From Terriglobia bacterium (GTDB lineage: Bacteria > Acidobacteriota > Terriglobia > Acidiferrales > UBA7541): 64,000 bases of DNA. This document shows positions 10,232 to 19,271 of this stretch, piece by piece. The position numbers and the translations under genes were made by a program. Position 1 is the first letter of the stretch, and each line of letters starts with the position of its first letter. The notes under the pieces were generated by a model. That model was not told the DNA's origin, ran no database searches, and saw only the letters and a list, made by a program, of their open reading frames with translations. Location of the stretch: contig OY968796.1 of NCBI GenBank assembly GCA_963695545.1, forward strand, positions 1,696,001 to 1,760,000. The letters are read 5' to 3'.

Positions 10232-10936
10232 ATGAGCTTCAACTGGCCTCCACTCTACGAGCCGTATCCCGATCCCGCGCCACCCGCGGATGCGCCGCCC
10301 CCGCCGCGCCGGAATCAGCGCCGCATTCTGGTCGTGCTCACAGCGCTCGCGCTCTTGTTCGTCGTGGCGGCTGTTGTCTTCCTTCGCGTCGGCCAATGGC
10401 TCGTCATCGAAGACCCGCTCGCGCCCGCCGACGCCATCGTCATACTGAGCGGCCGAATTCCGGAACGCGCCATGGAAGCCGCGCGCATTTATCACGAGGG
10501 CGTTGCCAGCGAAGTGTGGATTTCGCAGGGCACGAGCCCGGCCGACGAACTTGCCAAGCTCAATATCCATTACCTCGGCGAGGATTTCTACAATCAGCAA
10601 ATTTTGCTCGCGATGAATGTGCCGCCCGATGCGATCCGCGTCCTCGATCAGCCTGCGTTAAACACCGAAGCCGAAGTCGATGAAATCGCCGCCGATCTGC
10701 GCGCCGACGGTTTCACCTCCGCCATCATCGTCACTTCAAAGCCGCACACGCGGCGCGTGCGTGCGATCTGGAATCGCCGCGCCGGCCCGGGGCTGCGCCT
10801 GATCGTCCGCTATCCCGAAGATGATCCCTACGATGGCGCGCATTGGTGGCGCAGCACCCGCGACGCTCTGGACGTCGTGCGCGAGGTTCTCGGCTTGCTA
10901 AACGCCTGGGCCGGGTTCCCGCTGCACGCGCTCTAA
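10232..10936 (+). CDS. YdcF/ElyC-like (DUF218) membrane-anchored protein
   Basis: N-terminal TM, ADAIVILSG, NTEAE, IVTSKPHTRR. Confidence 0.85.
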   Translation: MSFNWPPLYEPYPDPAPPADAPPPPRRNQRRILVVLTALALLFVVAAVVFLRVGQWLVIEDPLAPADAIVILSGRIPERAMEAARIYHEGVASEVWISQGTSPADELAKLNIHYLGEDFYNQQILLAMNVPPDAIRVLDQPALNTEAEVDEIAADLRADGFTSAIIVTSKPHTRRVRAIWNRRAGPGLRLIVRYPEDDPYDGAHWWRSTRDALDVVREVLGLLNAWAGFPLHAL

Positions 10937-10970
10937 AAACCCCTCTAAAAGCGCCTCAATCCCCCATCTG

Positions 10971-10983
10971 TAAGTGATTGATT
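10971..10983 (-). promoter_or_regulatory. IHF-consensus site
   Basis: Minus strand AATCAATCACTTA matches WATCAANNNNTTR. A weak GG-N10-GC lies at 11002-11015. Confidence 0.4.
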
Positions 10984-11058
10984 ACAAGTGTCTTATTTGA
11001 TGGCAACCGCGAGGCATTTCGGGTGCCCGCCCCCCGATAGGACCGACGATTAAGCGCC

Positions 11059-11103
11059 TAGTACGGACCGCCCATTGAGCCAGGCGGCCGCGCGCCTCAA
11101 AAT
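11059..11103 (+). promoter_or_regulatory. Promoter with upstream GTAC box (copy 1)
   Basis: TAGTAC-GGAC-CGCCCA directly before TTGAGC-N17-CAAAAT. Confidence 0.45.
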
Positions 11104-11123
11104 GAATCCCGAAGCGAAGAGTA

Positions 11124-11516
11124 ATGCTATCGATGCTTATACTCGTGTTATCGACCATCGCCCTAGTCCAATTTGGCGTGTACTACTGGCGCGCCTTGGT
11201 CGTGACGGCCGCGACCCAGCCCCTCTCCGATCGCGCGCGCGCCGCAGCCCAATTGGCTACGGACAAATCCGGCGCGCCCGACTTCGCCGCCGTGCTCAGC
11301 CTGCACCAGCTCACGCCGGGCCTGGGCGGCCAAGGCAGCGGACTCACGCTGGTCCGCTCGTATCACAGCGCCGTTAGCGCGCTGGGCCGGATGGTCCCTT
11401 CGCTCTCCGGCTGGGTCAACGGCGAGAAGCTAGTCTGCGCGCGTTATGCGACGGTGATGTTGGATCGCCGCCTGGCACGCGTTGCGGCCTGTGTTGCAAG
11501 CTCACAATCTTTCTAA
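11124..11516 (+). CDS. Hypothetical membrane-anchored protein, tandem paralogue 1
   Basis: 130 aa with N-terminal TM; closely similar paralogue 540 bp downstream. Confidence 0.85.
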   Translation: MLSMLILVLSTIALVQFGVYYWRALVVTAATQPLSDRARAAAQLATDKSGAPDFAAVLSLHQLTPGLGGQGSGLTLVRSYHSAVSALGRMVPSLSGWVNGEKLVCARYATVMLDRRLARVAACVASSQSF

Positions 11517-11598
11517 GGCTTCCCCCCGAGAGGGAGCTTTTCGGCACCGGGTGCTGGGCCTGTCGGCGCGGCACCCGCTGACCGAAAGGTCCAACCGC

Positions 11599-11643
11599 TG
11601 GTACTCCCGTTCTATTGAGCCCGGCGGCTTTCCGCGCCACAAT
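11599..11643 (+). promoter_or_regulatory. Promoter with upstream GTAC box (copy 2)
   Basis: TGGTAC-TCCC-GTTCTA directly before TTGAGC-N17-CACAAT. Confidence 0.5.
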
Positions 11644-11663
11644 CCACGTAGAGATTAAGAGAG

Positions 11664-12056
11664 ATGCTGGCCCTGCTCATCCTCGCGCTATCCACCATCG
11701 CCCTGGGGCAATTCGGCGTGTATTACTGGCGCGCCCTGGTGGTGACGGCGGCTACCCAGCCCCTCTCCGATCGCGCGCGCGCCGCGGCTCAGCTCGCCAC
11801 CGATCGATCCGGCGCGCCTGACTTCTCCGCGGTCTTGAGCCTGCACAAGCTGTCACCGGGCCTGGGCGGCAGCGGCCGCGGCCTCACGCTGGTCCGCTCG
11901 TATCACGGCATCGTCAACGCGCTCGGCCGGATCGTCCCGCCGCTCTCAGGCTGGGCCAATGGCGAGAAAGCGGTTTGCGCGCGTTACGCCACTGCGATGC
12001 TCGATAGCCGCCTGGCGCGCGTTGCGGCCTGCGTGGCAAGCTCCCAATCCTTCTAA
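11664..12056 (+). CDS. Hypothetical membrane-anchored protein, tandem paralogue 2
   Basis: 130 aa, colinear with 11124..11516; many differences are synonymous. Confidence 0.85.
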   Translation: MLALLILALSTIALGQFGVYYWRALVVTAATQPLSDRARAAAQLATDRSGAPDFSAVLSLHKLSPGLGGSGRGLTLVRSYHGIVNALGRIVPPLSGWANGEKAVCARYATAMLDSRLARVAACVASSQSF

Positions 12057-12140
12057 GAAATTCCCCCCAAAGCTTCTAAGCAGCCGGCGCGAGCCCAACG
12101 GCGTAGCATCATCCATTGCGGACGACAATCGCACACATTT

Positions 12141-13139
12141 TCAGTACGCCCAGTGCATCAAAATTCCGCCGGTCGTATATCCCGCACCGACCGCGACCAG
12201 CAGCACTAAATCTCCCTTGTGCAGCCGGCCCTGTTCAATCGCGTCGTGCAATCCCAGCGGAATGGTGGCCGCGGTGGTGTTTCCGTAGCGGTCGATGTTC
12301 ACCATCACCTTTGAATCTTCCACTCCCAATCGCTGCTGCATCGCGCGGATGATTCGCAAATTTGCCTGGTGCGGCACGATCAGCGTCAGGTCCGCACCGG
12401 TGTAGCCGTTGCGTTCCACCAACTGGCAAGCCACTTCGGCCATCTTGCGCACCGCGTACTTAAAAACCTGCGGCCCTTCCTGATGAACGTAATGCATGCG
12501 CTTATCCACCGTCTCGTGCGAGGGCGGATGCAGCGAGCCGCCGCCCGGCATATAGAGCGACATTCCGCCAGACCCATCGATATCGTGCACGAAATCTATG
12601 ATTCCCTCGCTCTCATTCGTGGCCGGCTCAAGCAGCACGGCGCCCGCGGCATCGCCGAACAGCACGCACGTGGCGCGATCCTGAAAATCGAGGATCGAAG
12701 TCATGGTGTCGCTGCCGATCACCACCACCTTGCGGTGCGTCCCGGCGCCGACGAATTGCGCCCCGACCGTCAGCGCGTATAGAAAGCCCGAGCACGCGCC
12801 CGAGAGATCGAATCCCCAGGCCTTCGTCGCGCCGATGCGGTCCTGCACCAGGCAGGCTGTGGCGGGAAACATCATGTCCGGCGTCACCGTGGCCACGATG
12901 ATCAGGTCGATTTCCTCCGCGCGCGTGCCGGTTTGCTCCAGCAGACGCCGCGCCGCCTCCGTGGCCATGTGCGAAGTCGCCACGCCCGGATCGACCATGT
13001 GCCGCTCGCGGATTCCGGTGCGCTCGCGAATCCAGGCGTCGGTGGTCTGGACCATTTTTTCCAGATCGGCGTTGGTCAGCAGGCGCGGAGGAAGATACGC
13101 GGCCACACCAGTAATCTTGGCGGCAATGCGTTGGGGCAT
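12141..13139 (-). CDS. fabH: Beta-ketoacyl-ACP synthase III
   Basis: GACSGF (Cys), PHQANLRI (His), [10 protein letters not shown] (Asn); GGAG RBS. Confidence 0.95.
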   Translation of the reverse strand: MPQRIAAKITGVAAYLPPRLLTNADLEKMVQTTDAWIRERTGIRERHMVDPGVATSHMATEAARRLLEQTGTRAEEIDLIIVATVTPDMMFPATACLVQDRIGATKAWGFDLSGACSGFLYALTVGAQFVGAGTHRKVVVIGSDTMTSILDFQDRATCVLFGDAAGAVLLEPATNESEGIIDFVHDIDGSGGMSLYMPGGGSLHPPSHETVDKRMHYVHQEGPQVFKYAVRKMAEVACQLVERNGYTGADLTLIVPHQANLRIIRAMQQRLGVEDSKVMVNIDRYGNTTAATIPLGLHDAIEQGRLHKGDLVLLVAVGAGYTTGGILMHWAY

Positions 13140-13354
13140 CGATCTCTCCGTCAGGCGCCCGCGGCGTCGCGGGTTGAGGAATCGCGATTCTACGCAATCG
13201 CCCCACAGGTGACAAGCGCTTCGCCGGTGCCGCGCCGAGCGCGCATTCGATGCGTGACGATCGATGGAGGCTGCCGCCGCAGGCCGGGCATCGCCGTCGC
13301 TGCGGGCTGGGGTGAGCTTGTGGTGCGTGTTGCGGGAGCGAGATCGCGCCGGGA

Positions 13355-13808
13355 GGGGGGTACACCCCCGGGTATGTTTTGCGTAAGAGCCCGTAAATAC
13401 AGGACTTCGGGGAAAAGAGTGACAAAGAGTGTGCAAGAGATTGATTGCAATGGGTTTGCGATCGTTTATTTTCAATAAGATGCGCACTCTTTTGCATTTG
13501 GTTTGGAATCATTCGTTTACGGCGACACGTTTGTGCACGTGAGCGCGGTTCGGTTGCAGTCAAGCGATGATATTTGGTAGGCCAAGCAAGGCGGGCGGCG
13601 GGCAGGCTCGGGCGGACGCGCGTAAGGTTGTGCTCCGAGATGCGCGCGATTGAGTCGGGCTCGAACGGGAAAATCTTGCGCAGGCGATCCGCCTTCGCCA
13701 AGGCTGTGGCGGACTCCGGCGTCGGGACGTGTCGTTCGAGGTTCATACAAAAGGATAGCACGAGCGGCAATGTGATGTCAATATTATCTTTAAGTTATTA
13801 TTCGAATA
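13355..13808 (-). repeat. Dispersed promoter-bearing element, copy 1 (divergent)
   Basis: TTCGAATA...TTGACA-N18-TATCCT-N5-ATG, core CAAAAGAGTGCGCATCTTATTGAAA, G-run end. Related to the copies at 27.9 and 34.8 kb. Confidence 0.7.
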
Positions 13809-13980
13809 CAATTGGTGCGGGGCATAGCGAAATGATTTAGAGTGAGATGTTCAGAGTCTTGGTCGTCCGTCTTCTAGCGAGTGGGATGCGGGCGAGATGA
13901 GGCATCGCAGGCGAAATATCAGCAAACGTCCCGTCTGTCATCGGTTTTCCCGGTTCAGTTTCCCGAGAGCCCGCGATTGA

Positions 13981-14514
13981 TCAATTTGAAAGGATCGCGT
14001 TTGATACGACAGTGTATCCAGAGAGTCTGAGCGTGCCGCCGGTTTTCTTCCATGTAAATGTCTCGACGGCCGACCCGGCAGCGAACGTCGTGTTGTACTC
14101 ACATACCAACAAAGAGTCGCCGAATCCGATGTCGACCTTGAGGCTCACCAGTGTTGCCGCGTCGGCGTCGCCTAATTTAGCGTGAAGACCCGAAAAGAAT
14201 TTCAGTGGATCTTGGTCTGTCGCGCCGTCGGAGAAACCTTCGTCGGCTTGGCCGAGGATATCTTGATACCGGCCCTCGTTGAGCTCCTCGTGAAACTGTC
14301 GAACCGCAGTGTCGGCAAGATTGCGCCCATTGACGAAAGCGGAGCCGCATTGCCAAACATAGAATATCGAGACGGCTAGCGTGACTGCGAGAGACCACTT
14401 CCACGGGGCCCCAGTTCGCTTTAAACGCACCCCGTACCCGAAGTCCGGGGGCCGACTGCTGCCCAAGGAGGGTGGCGCACCGTTTATGCGCGTGTCGCTA
14501 GGTTCATTCTGCAC
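13981..14514 (-). CDS. Hypothetical exported/membrane protein (DUF4019-like)
   Basis: TM segment followed by AVRQFHEELNEGRY...KLG...YNTTF...ETFTW...LSGY. Confidence 0.7.
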   Translation of the reverse strand: MQNEPSDTRINGAPPSLGSSRPPDFGYGVRLKRTGAPWKWSLAVTLAVSIFYVWQCGSAFVNGRNLADTAVRQFHEELNEGRYQDILGQADEGFSDGATDQDPLKFFSGLHAKLGDADAATLVSLKVDIGFGDSLLVCEYNTTFAAGSAVETFTWKKTGGTLRLSGYTVVSNAILSN

Positions 14515-14587
14515 GCGCGGATGATACCACTAGCGATCTTCACCTTGGAGTAATGTGGCGCGTCCGTCGGGCTGCGGCTTGCGCAGC
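14470..14587 (-). repeat. ~120-bp gene-heading module, copy A
   Basis: Alignable by eye with 15186-15305 and 17414-17533. Confidence 0.9.
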
Positions 14588-14635
14588 AAAGGGTGAGCCG
14601 CTCCTAGCTGGAAGGCGACATCCCACCCGCGGCGA

Positions 14636-15157
14636 TCAGTGTCGCCGAGTTCCGATCCCGATCAGAAGGCCGCCGCTGATGCCGAGCGACTGCTCGTGCC
14701 CTGGCCCAAAGCTGTAGTCGTAAGCCGGTTCGAGAAACCAGCCGAATTTGTGCCTGCCGGAGGGCCAGAACATGAAATCAGCGGCCACTTCAATGCCGGC
14801 CGCATCTGTGGTCGTGCCGTGTTCGGTCGCATGAATCCACTCGGGACCGACACCGGCCATAAACTCCGCTTTCTTGGAGAACGTCCAGGGCTTCTTGAAC
14901 AGAAGATCGGTGTCCCATTCGGTCGAGTCGAGGCCGAAAAGCGGCGTGACGCCCGCTTCGATTTCCAGCCAATTTTCTATCGGCGTGAATTCAACAGCGA
15001 CATCCGGGCCGAAGCTCGCGCCGCCACCGGTGAGACTCTCGCTCGGGGCGGCCCCGAATTCGAGGATTGCGGCAGGGTCGTTATCGGGCGGCTGCGCCAA
15101 GGCGTTTGCGCAGCAGAGAAACAGAGAGGCCAGCAGCACGTATTTTGTTGCGTTCAC
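14636..15157 (-). CDS. Hypothetical secreted small beta-barrel-like protein
   Basis: Signal peptide ending ANALA, alternating aromatic beta-strands; GGAG before GTG 15157 (15232 also possible). Confidence 0.75.
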   Translation of the reverse strand: MNATKYVLLASLFLCCANALAQPPDNDPAAILEFGAAPSESLTGGGASFGPDVAVEFTPIENWLEIEAGVTPLFGLDSTEWDTDLLFKKPWTFSKKAEFMAGVGPEWIHATEHGTTTDAAGIEVAADFMFWPSGRHKFGWFLEPAYDYSFGPGHEQSLGISGGLLIGIGTRRH

Positions 15158-15185
15158 AATCGCTCCGACGCACGCCCGATGTTTG

Positions 15186-15305
15186 ATGGCGGGCGGCGCT
15201 CTTCCGTGAGTATGCGCGTTTTCGATCTCCACGCGCGGATGGTACCACTAGAGATCTTCACCTCGGACTGATGCGGCCAGTCTGTCGGGCTGCGGTTTGC
15301 GTAGC
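15186..15305 (-). repeat. ~120-bp gene-heading module, copy B
   Basis: Same module as 14470-14587. Confidence 0.9.
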
Positions 15306-15341
15306 CCTCAGGTCGAAGGCTGAGTCAGTCGCTAATCTCGG

Positions 15342-16094
15342 TTATTTTTTTGCGTCTTCGTCGCGCCTTCGAGCAGCGGCTGCTTCAGGGTCGGTTATGA
15401 TATCGACCCATTTTGGGTTGGGCGAGGCCTCGACCGCGTAAGTGTCGTGCCAGTTCCACCACTTGTACGGCGCGGTCTGCGGGTAACCCTCTGGCGAATC
15501 CTCCCAAGTCTCCTGACGGCCGAGCGCCGTCATATCGAGATAGCTCCAGATGGTTCCCATGTTCTCGTCGCCGCGGACGTTGATGAAGTAGGTGCGGAAC
15601 ACTTTGTCGCCCTCGCGGATAAACGCATTGTGGCCGTGCCACTGGTCCACGCCGAAGTCCACGTCGAAGCTGTCGGTGATGGTGTACCAAGGCATCTCCC
15701 AGTCCATCCGCGCCTTCAGGCGCGCGATGTCCGCCTGCGGCGCGCGCGAGGCGTAGGCCAGCGTGGTGTCGCGTGCGTTCAGATGGGCCAGGTGGGAGAC
15801 CTGATCGGCGCCCAGGGAACAGCCGCGGCAGGCGTGCTCGGGCCAGCCAAAAACGCCGGGCTCGAAGAAGGCGCGGTAAATGACCAACTGACGGCGGCCC
15901 TCGAACAGGTCGAGCAGGCTTACCTTGCCCTTGGGTCCATCGAACTCGTACTTCTTCTCGACGGCGAGCCACGGCATGCGCCGGCGTTCGGCGGCCAGCG
16001 CGTCACGGGAGTGCATCACGGCCTTCTCTTTCGCGAGGAGCTGCTGGCGCGCAGCCTCCCATTCTTGTTGCGAAACGACGGGTGGAGTTTTCAT
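15342..16094 (-). CDS. DUF899 family thioredoxin-like protein
   Basis: LAAERRRMPW, LLDLFEGRRQL, CRGCS, LDMTALGRQE. Confidence 0.9.
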   Translation of the reverse strand: MKTPPVVSQQEWEAARQQLLAKEKAVMHSRDALAAERRRMPWLAVEKKYEFDGPKGKVSLLDLFEGRRQLVIYRAFFEPGVFGWPEHACRGCSLGADQVSHLAHLNARDTTLAYASRAPQADIARLKARMDWEMPWYTITDSFDVDFGVDQWHGHNAFIREGDKVFRTYFINVRGDENMGTIWSYLDMTALGRQETWEDSPEGYPQTAPYKWWNWHDTYAVEASPNPKWVDIITDPEAAAARRRDEDAKK

Positions 16095-16146
16095 TGCGAG
16101 TGCTCCTTTGGGTGCTCGATGCACTTTGTTTCTCGATCGTTTTTGT

Positions 16147-16374
16147 TTACTTCATCGACGATTGGTTCAATGTTCGAGCAACGTACACAAGAACGATACC
16201 GCTGACGAGCGCGAGGCCGCCGAGAATTGGGGTCGTCAGATTGGGTTTATGCGGTACGAAGGCCGCGAGCATAAATCGTATGGGCGACACAAAGTATATG
16301 AGCGCGATGATTCCCAAGGCGATCAAAATGATACCGACAATCGATGCCACATTGATTAGGAATTGTCGCAGCAT
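16147..16374 (-). CDS. Small two-TM membrane protein
   Basis: 75 aa with two hydrophobic helices (GIILIALGIIAL; PILGGLALVSGIVL). Confidence 0.65.
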   Translation of the reverse strand: MLRQFLINVASIVGIILIALGIIALIYFVSPIRFMLAAFVPHKPNLTTPILGGLALVSGIVLVYVARTLNQSSMK

Positions 16375-16495
16375 GTGTGATCCCTCGGGCGCAGGCTTGG
16401 TCGACCGCGTGATGCGCGGAGCAACAGGAAGAATACTCCAACTGCGATCAATGCGATGGCATTGCAGGGTTCAGGCGAGCCGGGACTTCGGCGAC

Positions 16496-17416
16496 TTATC
16501 GAGCCTTTGTGGAGTGACTTGCTGCGTCGGCTACGTCTTCCAAAGCCCGACGCAACGCGGTAACGGGTTCATTGCCGAATGCCTTGCGCCACTCCGTTTC
16601 TACTGCCTGTATGCGTTCGTCATGCGCGTCCTTTACAGCGACGCCCTTTCGGGTCAGGTAAATAATCTCGCCGCCTTTGCTGCCGCTCAAACGCACGAAG
16701 CCGTGACGGTCCAACGCGGAGATGCCAGCGAAGGGGCCAAGTCCCTGCAGAGGCCGGCCCTCAAGGGGGATGCGCTTGATCACCATCAAACTAAGCGAGA
16801 GCGCAACCGGCGACTTTTTCTCGTAGTTCATCGCGAACGCAACCAGGGCTTGGGAGAGCAACGCCGAGAGCGCGAGATCCGAGACACTGTTTCCGTTCTG
16901 GCGAGGGACCGCTTTCCAGTCGCGTCCGTTCCCACCTGTGATACTCGCGTCCGCGGCCCCATAACTCGCCGGATAATGGGGATGTTCCAGCGGCAGCCTG
17001 GTGGCGATTTGTTCGAGGGAGGCGCGGAGTTTGCTGGTGCGCTCGGCACCGACCTCCGCCCGCCAGCGTTCTTCCGCGGCGTGTTGCAGCGGCGTCCATC
17101 GAGTCGCGACAACGGACCCTCGGGCTGTGAGCCGCACGGTCGCCGGGTCGCGCCCGAGCTTCAATTCTTCGACCCATCCATTTCTGGCCGCCACCGACAT
17201 CCTTGATCGCACGGCCCGCTTCGATAGCCGGACAATCGCCGGCAGCTCCCGGCGATCGGTGCCCGCGACGTTGAGGGCGCGAAGAAGGTTCGCCCACAGG
17301 TCAAGCGACGGCATGCCGTCGCCGCCAGCGCCTTCAAGGATATAGGCTCGCTCGAGTCCGCCGAGTGCGGTCCAAAGCAATGAGGGCAGAGCCGCAGATG
17401 CGACGCTGTTCTCCAT
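16496..17416 (-). CDS. Tandem winged-helix (MarR-like) protein
   Basis: Two repeats of L..LL...L / GWV...VRLTARG / EERWR..G. ATG 17416 follows the repeat module (GTG 17464 also possible). Confidence 0.7.
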   Translation of the reverse strand: MENSVASAALPSLLWTALGGLERAYILEGAGGDGMPSLDLWANLLRALNVAGTDRRELPAIVRLSKRAVRSRMSVAARNGWVEELKLGRDPATVRLTARGSVVATRWTPLQHAAEERWRAEVGAERTSKLRASLEQIATRLPLEHPHYPASYGAADASITGGNGRDWKAVPRQNGNSVSDLALSALLSQALVAFAMNYEKKSPVALSLSLMVIKRIPLEGRPLQGLGPFAGISALDRHGFVRLSGSKGGEIIYLTRKGVAVKDAHDERIQAVETEWRKAFGNEPVTALRRALEDVADAASHSTKAR

Positions 17417-17533
17417 GGCGGGCGGCGCACCGTTTACGCGCGTCTCGCTACGTTCACTCTGCACGCGCGAATGATAGCATTAGCGACTTTCACCTTAGAG
17501 TGATGCAGCGGGTCTCTCGGGCTGCGGTTTGCC
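17414..17533 (-). repeat. ~120-bp gene-heading module, copy C
   Basis: Same module as copies A and B. Confidence 0.9.
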
Positions 17534-17550
17534 CCACTCGCGGGCGGAGT

Positions 17551-18072
17551 TCAAGGTGCGTAGCGAGTGAAGACATAGTCCTGCGCTTTCGCGGGCACGT
17601 GGCAGGGGAAGCATGTTTTGTGCACCGCCTCGCCGGCCGGTTTGCCATCGATGAATTCGGCGTAGCCCCAGCCGCCCGTCGCGGCGTACTTTTTCGAGTC
17701 CTTGACCATGAACTGAACATTCGTGGCGGGCCCGGCAATGAAGGATTGCTCGCGGCCGAAGACTTTGTCGTTCTGAGCCGATGGCACGTATTTCCAAGCC
17801 AGTCTGGCGATGATCGCGCCGTCCGGAAAGGGCAGCGTCCCGTTGCGAAAAGCCGTCATCGCAATCGGGTTCCCGAGCATGGCGCGTATGTCGTCGTAGT
17901 TCGCGGCTTCGTGGGCCACGGAGATCAATTCCCACTGGCGATATCCCGGAGGAATTGTGATTCCGTAGATCGGGGCGGCGTCGTCACCGGCGCCCACCGC
18001 CGTGGATGCCGCCGATGCGATCACGCACGCCGCCGTCGCAACGGCGAGCACGAAGAGAGGGAGTCGTTTCAT
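17551..18072 (-). CDS. Cytochrome P460/c'-beta family protein
   Basis: Signal peptide, PPGYRQW, FPDGAII, MVKDSK, GGWGYAEF, C-terminal CFPCH, DYVFT. Confidence 0.9.
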   Translation of the reverse strand: MKRLPLFVLAVATAACVIASAASTAVGAGDDAAPIYGITIPPGYRQWELISVAHEAANYDDIRAMLGNPIAMTAFRNGTLPFPDGAIIARLAWKYVPSAQNDKVFGREQSFIAGPATNVQFMVKDSKKYAATGGWGYAEFIDGKPAGEAVHKTCFPCHVPAKAQDYVFTRYAP

Positions 18073-18114
18073 GGAATGTCCCGTCCTAATTGATGCCGAC
18101 ATCGGCCGAGCGGC

Positions 18115-19182
18115 TCAAAATTTATCGACGTCGATGATCGCTTGGGCGAAATCCTTCGGAGCTTCTTGCGGCAGATTATGCCCTACGCCGCCGGTGATGA
18201 GGCGATACTCATACTTGCCCGAGAATTTATCGCGATACGCCGTGCTGGGCGCGTGGATTGCGCCGTTGGCGTCGCCTTCCATGGTGATCGTGGGCACGGT
18301 GATGGGAGGAAGCGCGGCCAGCCGCTTTTCCAGGTCGTCATATTTCCGCTCGCCGTCGGCCAGGCCAAGCCGCCAGCGATAGTCGTGCATCACGATGTCA
18401 ACGTGGTCGGGGTTGTTGAAGGACGCCGCGGTGCGCTCGTACGTGGCATCGTCGAAATTCCACTTTGGCGAAGCCTGGTGCCAGATGAACTTATTGAACT
18501 CGTCGAGGTATTTCGCGTAGCCGGCCTTGCCCACTGGGGTAGCGAAATAGTACTGATACCAAAACAGGAACGCGGGCTCGGGTGGCCACGGCGTCTGGTT
18601 GCCCGCCGGGGTGCTGATCAGATAGCCGCCGACGGAAACGATCGCTTTGCAGCGTTCCGGCCACAGCGTTGCCATGACGTCCACCGTGCGCGCGCCCCAG
18701 TCAAAGCCGGCGACGGTAGCTGTCTGGATCTTGAGCGCATCCATCAGAGCGATGATGTCGAGGGCCACGGCAGTCTGCTGGGCGTTCCGCATGGTGTCCG
18801 CGGAAAGAAAGGTCGTCGAGCCGTAGCCGCGCAGATACGGGACGATCACTCGGTAGCCTTTCGACGCCAGGATCGGCGCGACGTCGACGAAGCTGTAAAT
18901 GTCATACGGCCAGCCGTGCAGCAGCACGGCCGCCGGACCATCGCTCGGGCCGGCTTCGGCGTAGCCAATGTTCAGCAGGCCGGCGTTGATCTGCTTGATC
19001 GAATCGAACGATGCGTTCCCGGCCGGCGGACGCGCGGGAACGCCTGTCCGTTCTGCGTCGCTGGCTTCCGCTTTCGCAGAATCGCCGATGAGGAGCTTGG
19101 CGGCGGCAACCGACGCGGCCATCGTGCCCAAAAGACTGCGGCGACTACGGTTGATTTCTTCAGGCTTATCAATCGTGCTCAT
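18115..19182 (-). CDS. Tat-exported alpha/beta hydrolase (epoxide-hydrolase-like)
   Basis: SRRSLL Tat motif, HGWP, GFDWG (Asp nucleophile), GHNLPQE. Confidence 0.9.
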   Translation of the reverse strand: MSTIDKPEEINRSRRSLLGTMAASVAAAKLLIGDSAKAEASDAERTGVPARPPAGNASFDSIKQINAGLLNIGYAEAGPSDGPAAVLLHGWPYDIYSFVDVAPILASKGYRVIVPYLRGYGSTTFLSADTMRNAQQTAVALDIIALMDALKIQTATVAGFDWGARTVDVMATLWPERCKAIVSVGGYLISTPAGNQTPWPPEPAFLFWYQYYFATPVGKAGYAKYLDEFNKFIWHQASPKWNFDDATYERTAASFNNPDHVDIVMHDYRWRLGLADGERKYDDLEKRLAALPPITVPTITMEGDANGAIHAPSTAYRDKFSGKYEYRLITGGVGHNLPQEAPKDFAQAIIDVDKF

Positions 19183-19271
19183 CTGCGTTTCTCCTTGAAT
19201 GGATTTGATCGCGCTCGTTTTCTAATCTCGTTGGTTTGCGGCCGCTCGCAGGACCGACGGAAACCATCGAT

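Noticed and set aside
14470..17533. Integron attC array or CRISPR array
   Set aside because: The repeats lie at gene 5' ends, lack RYYYAAC...GTTRRRY, are about 120 bp long and are separated by whole genes. No intI or cas genes are seen.
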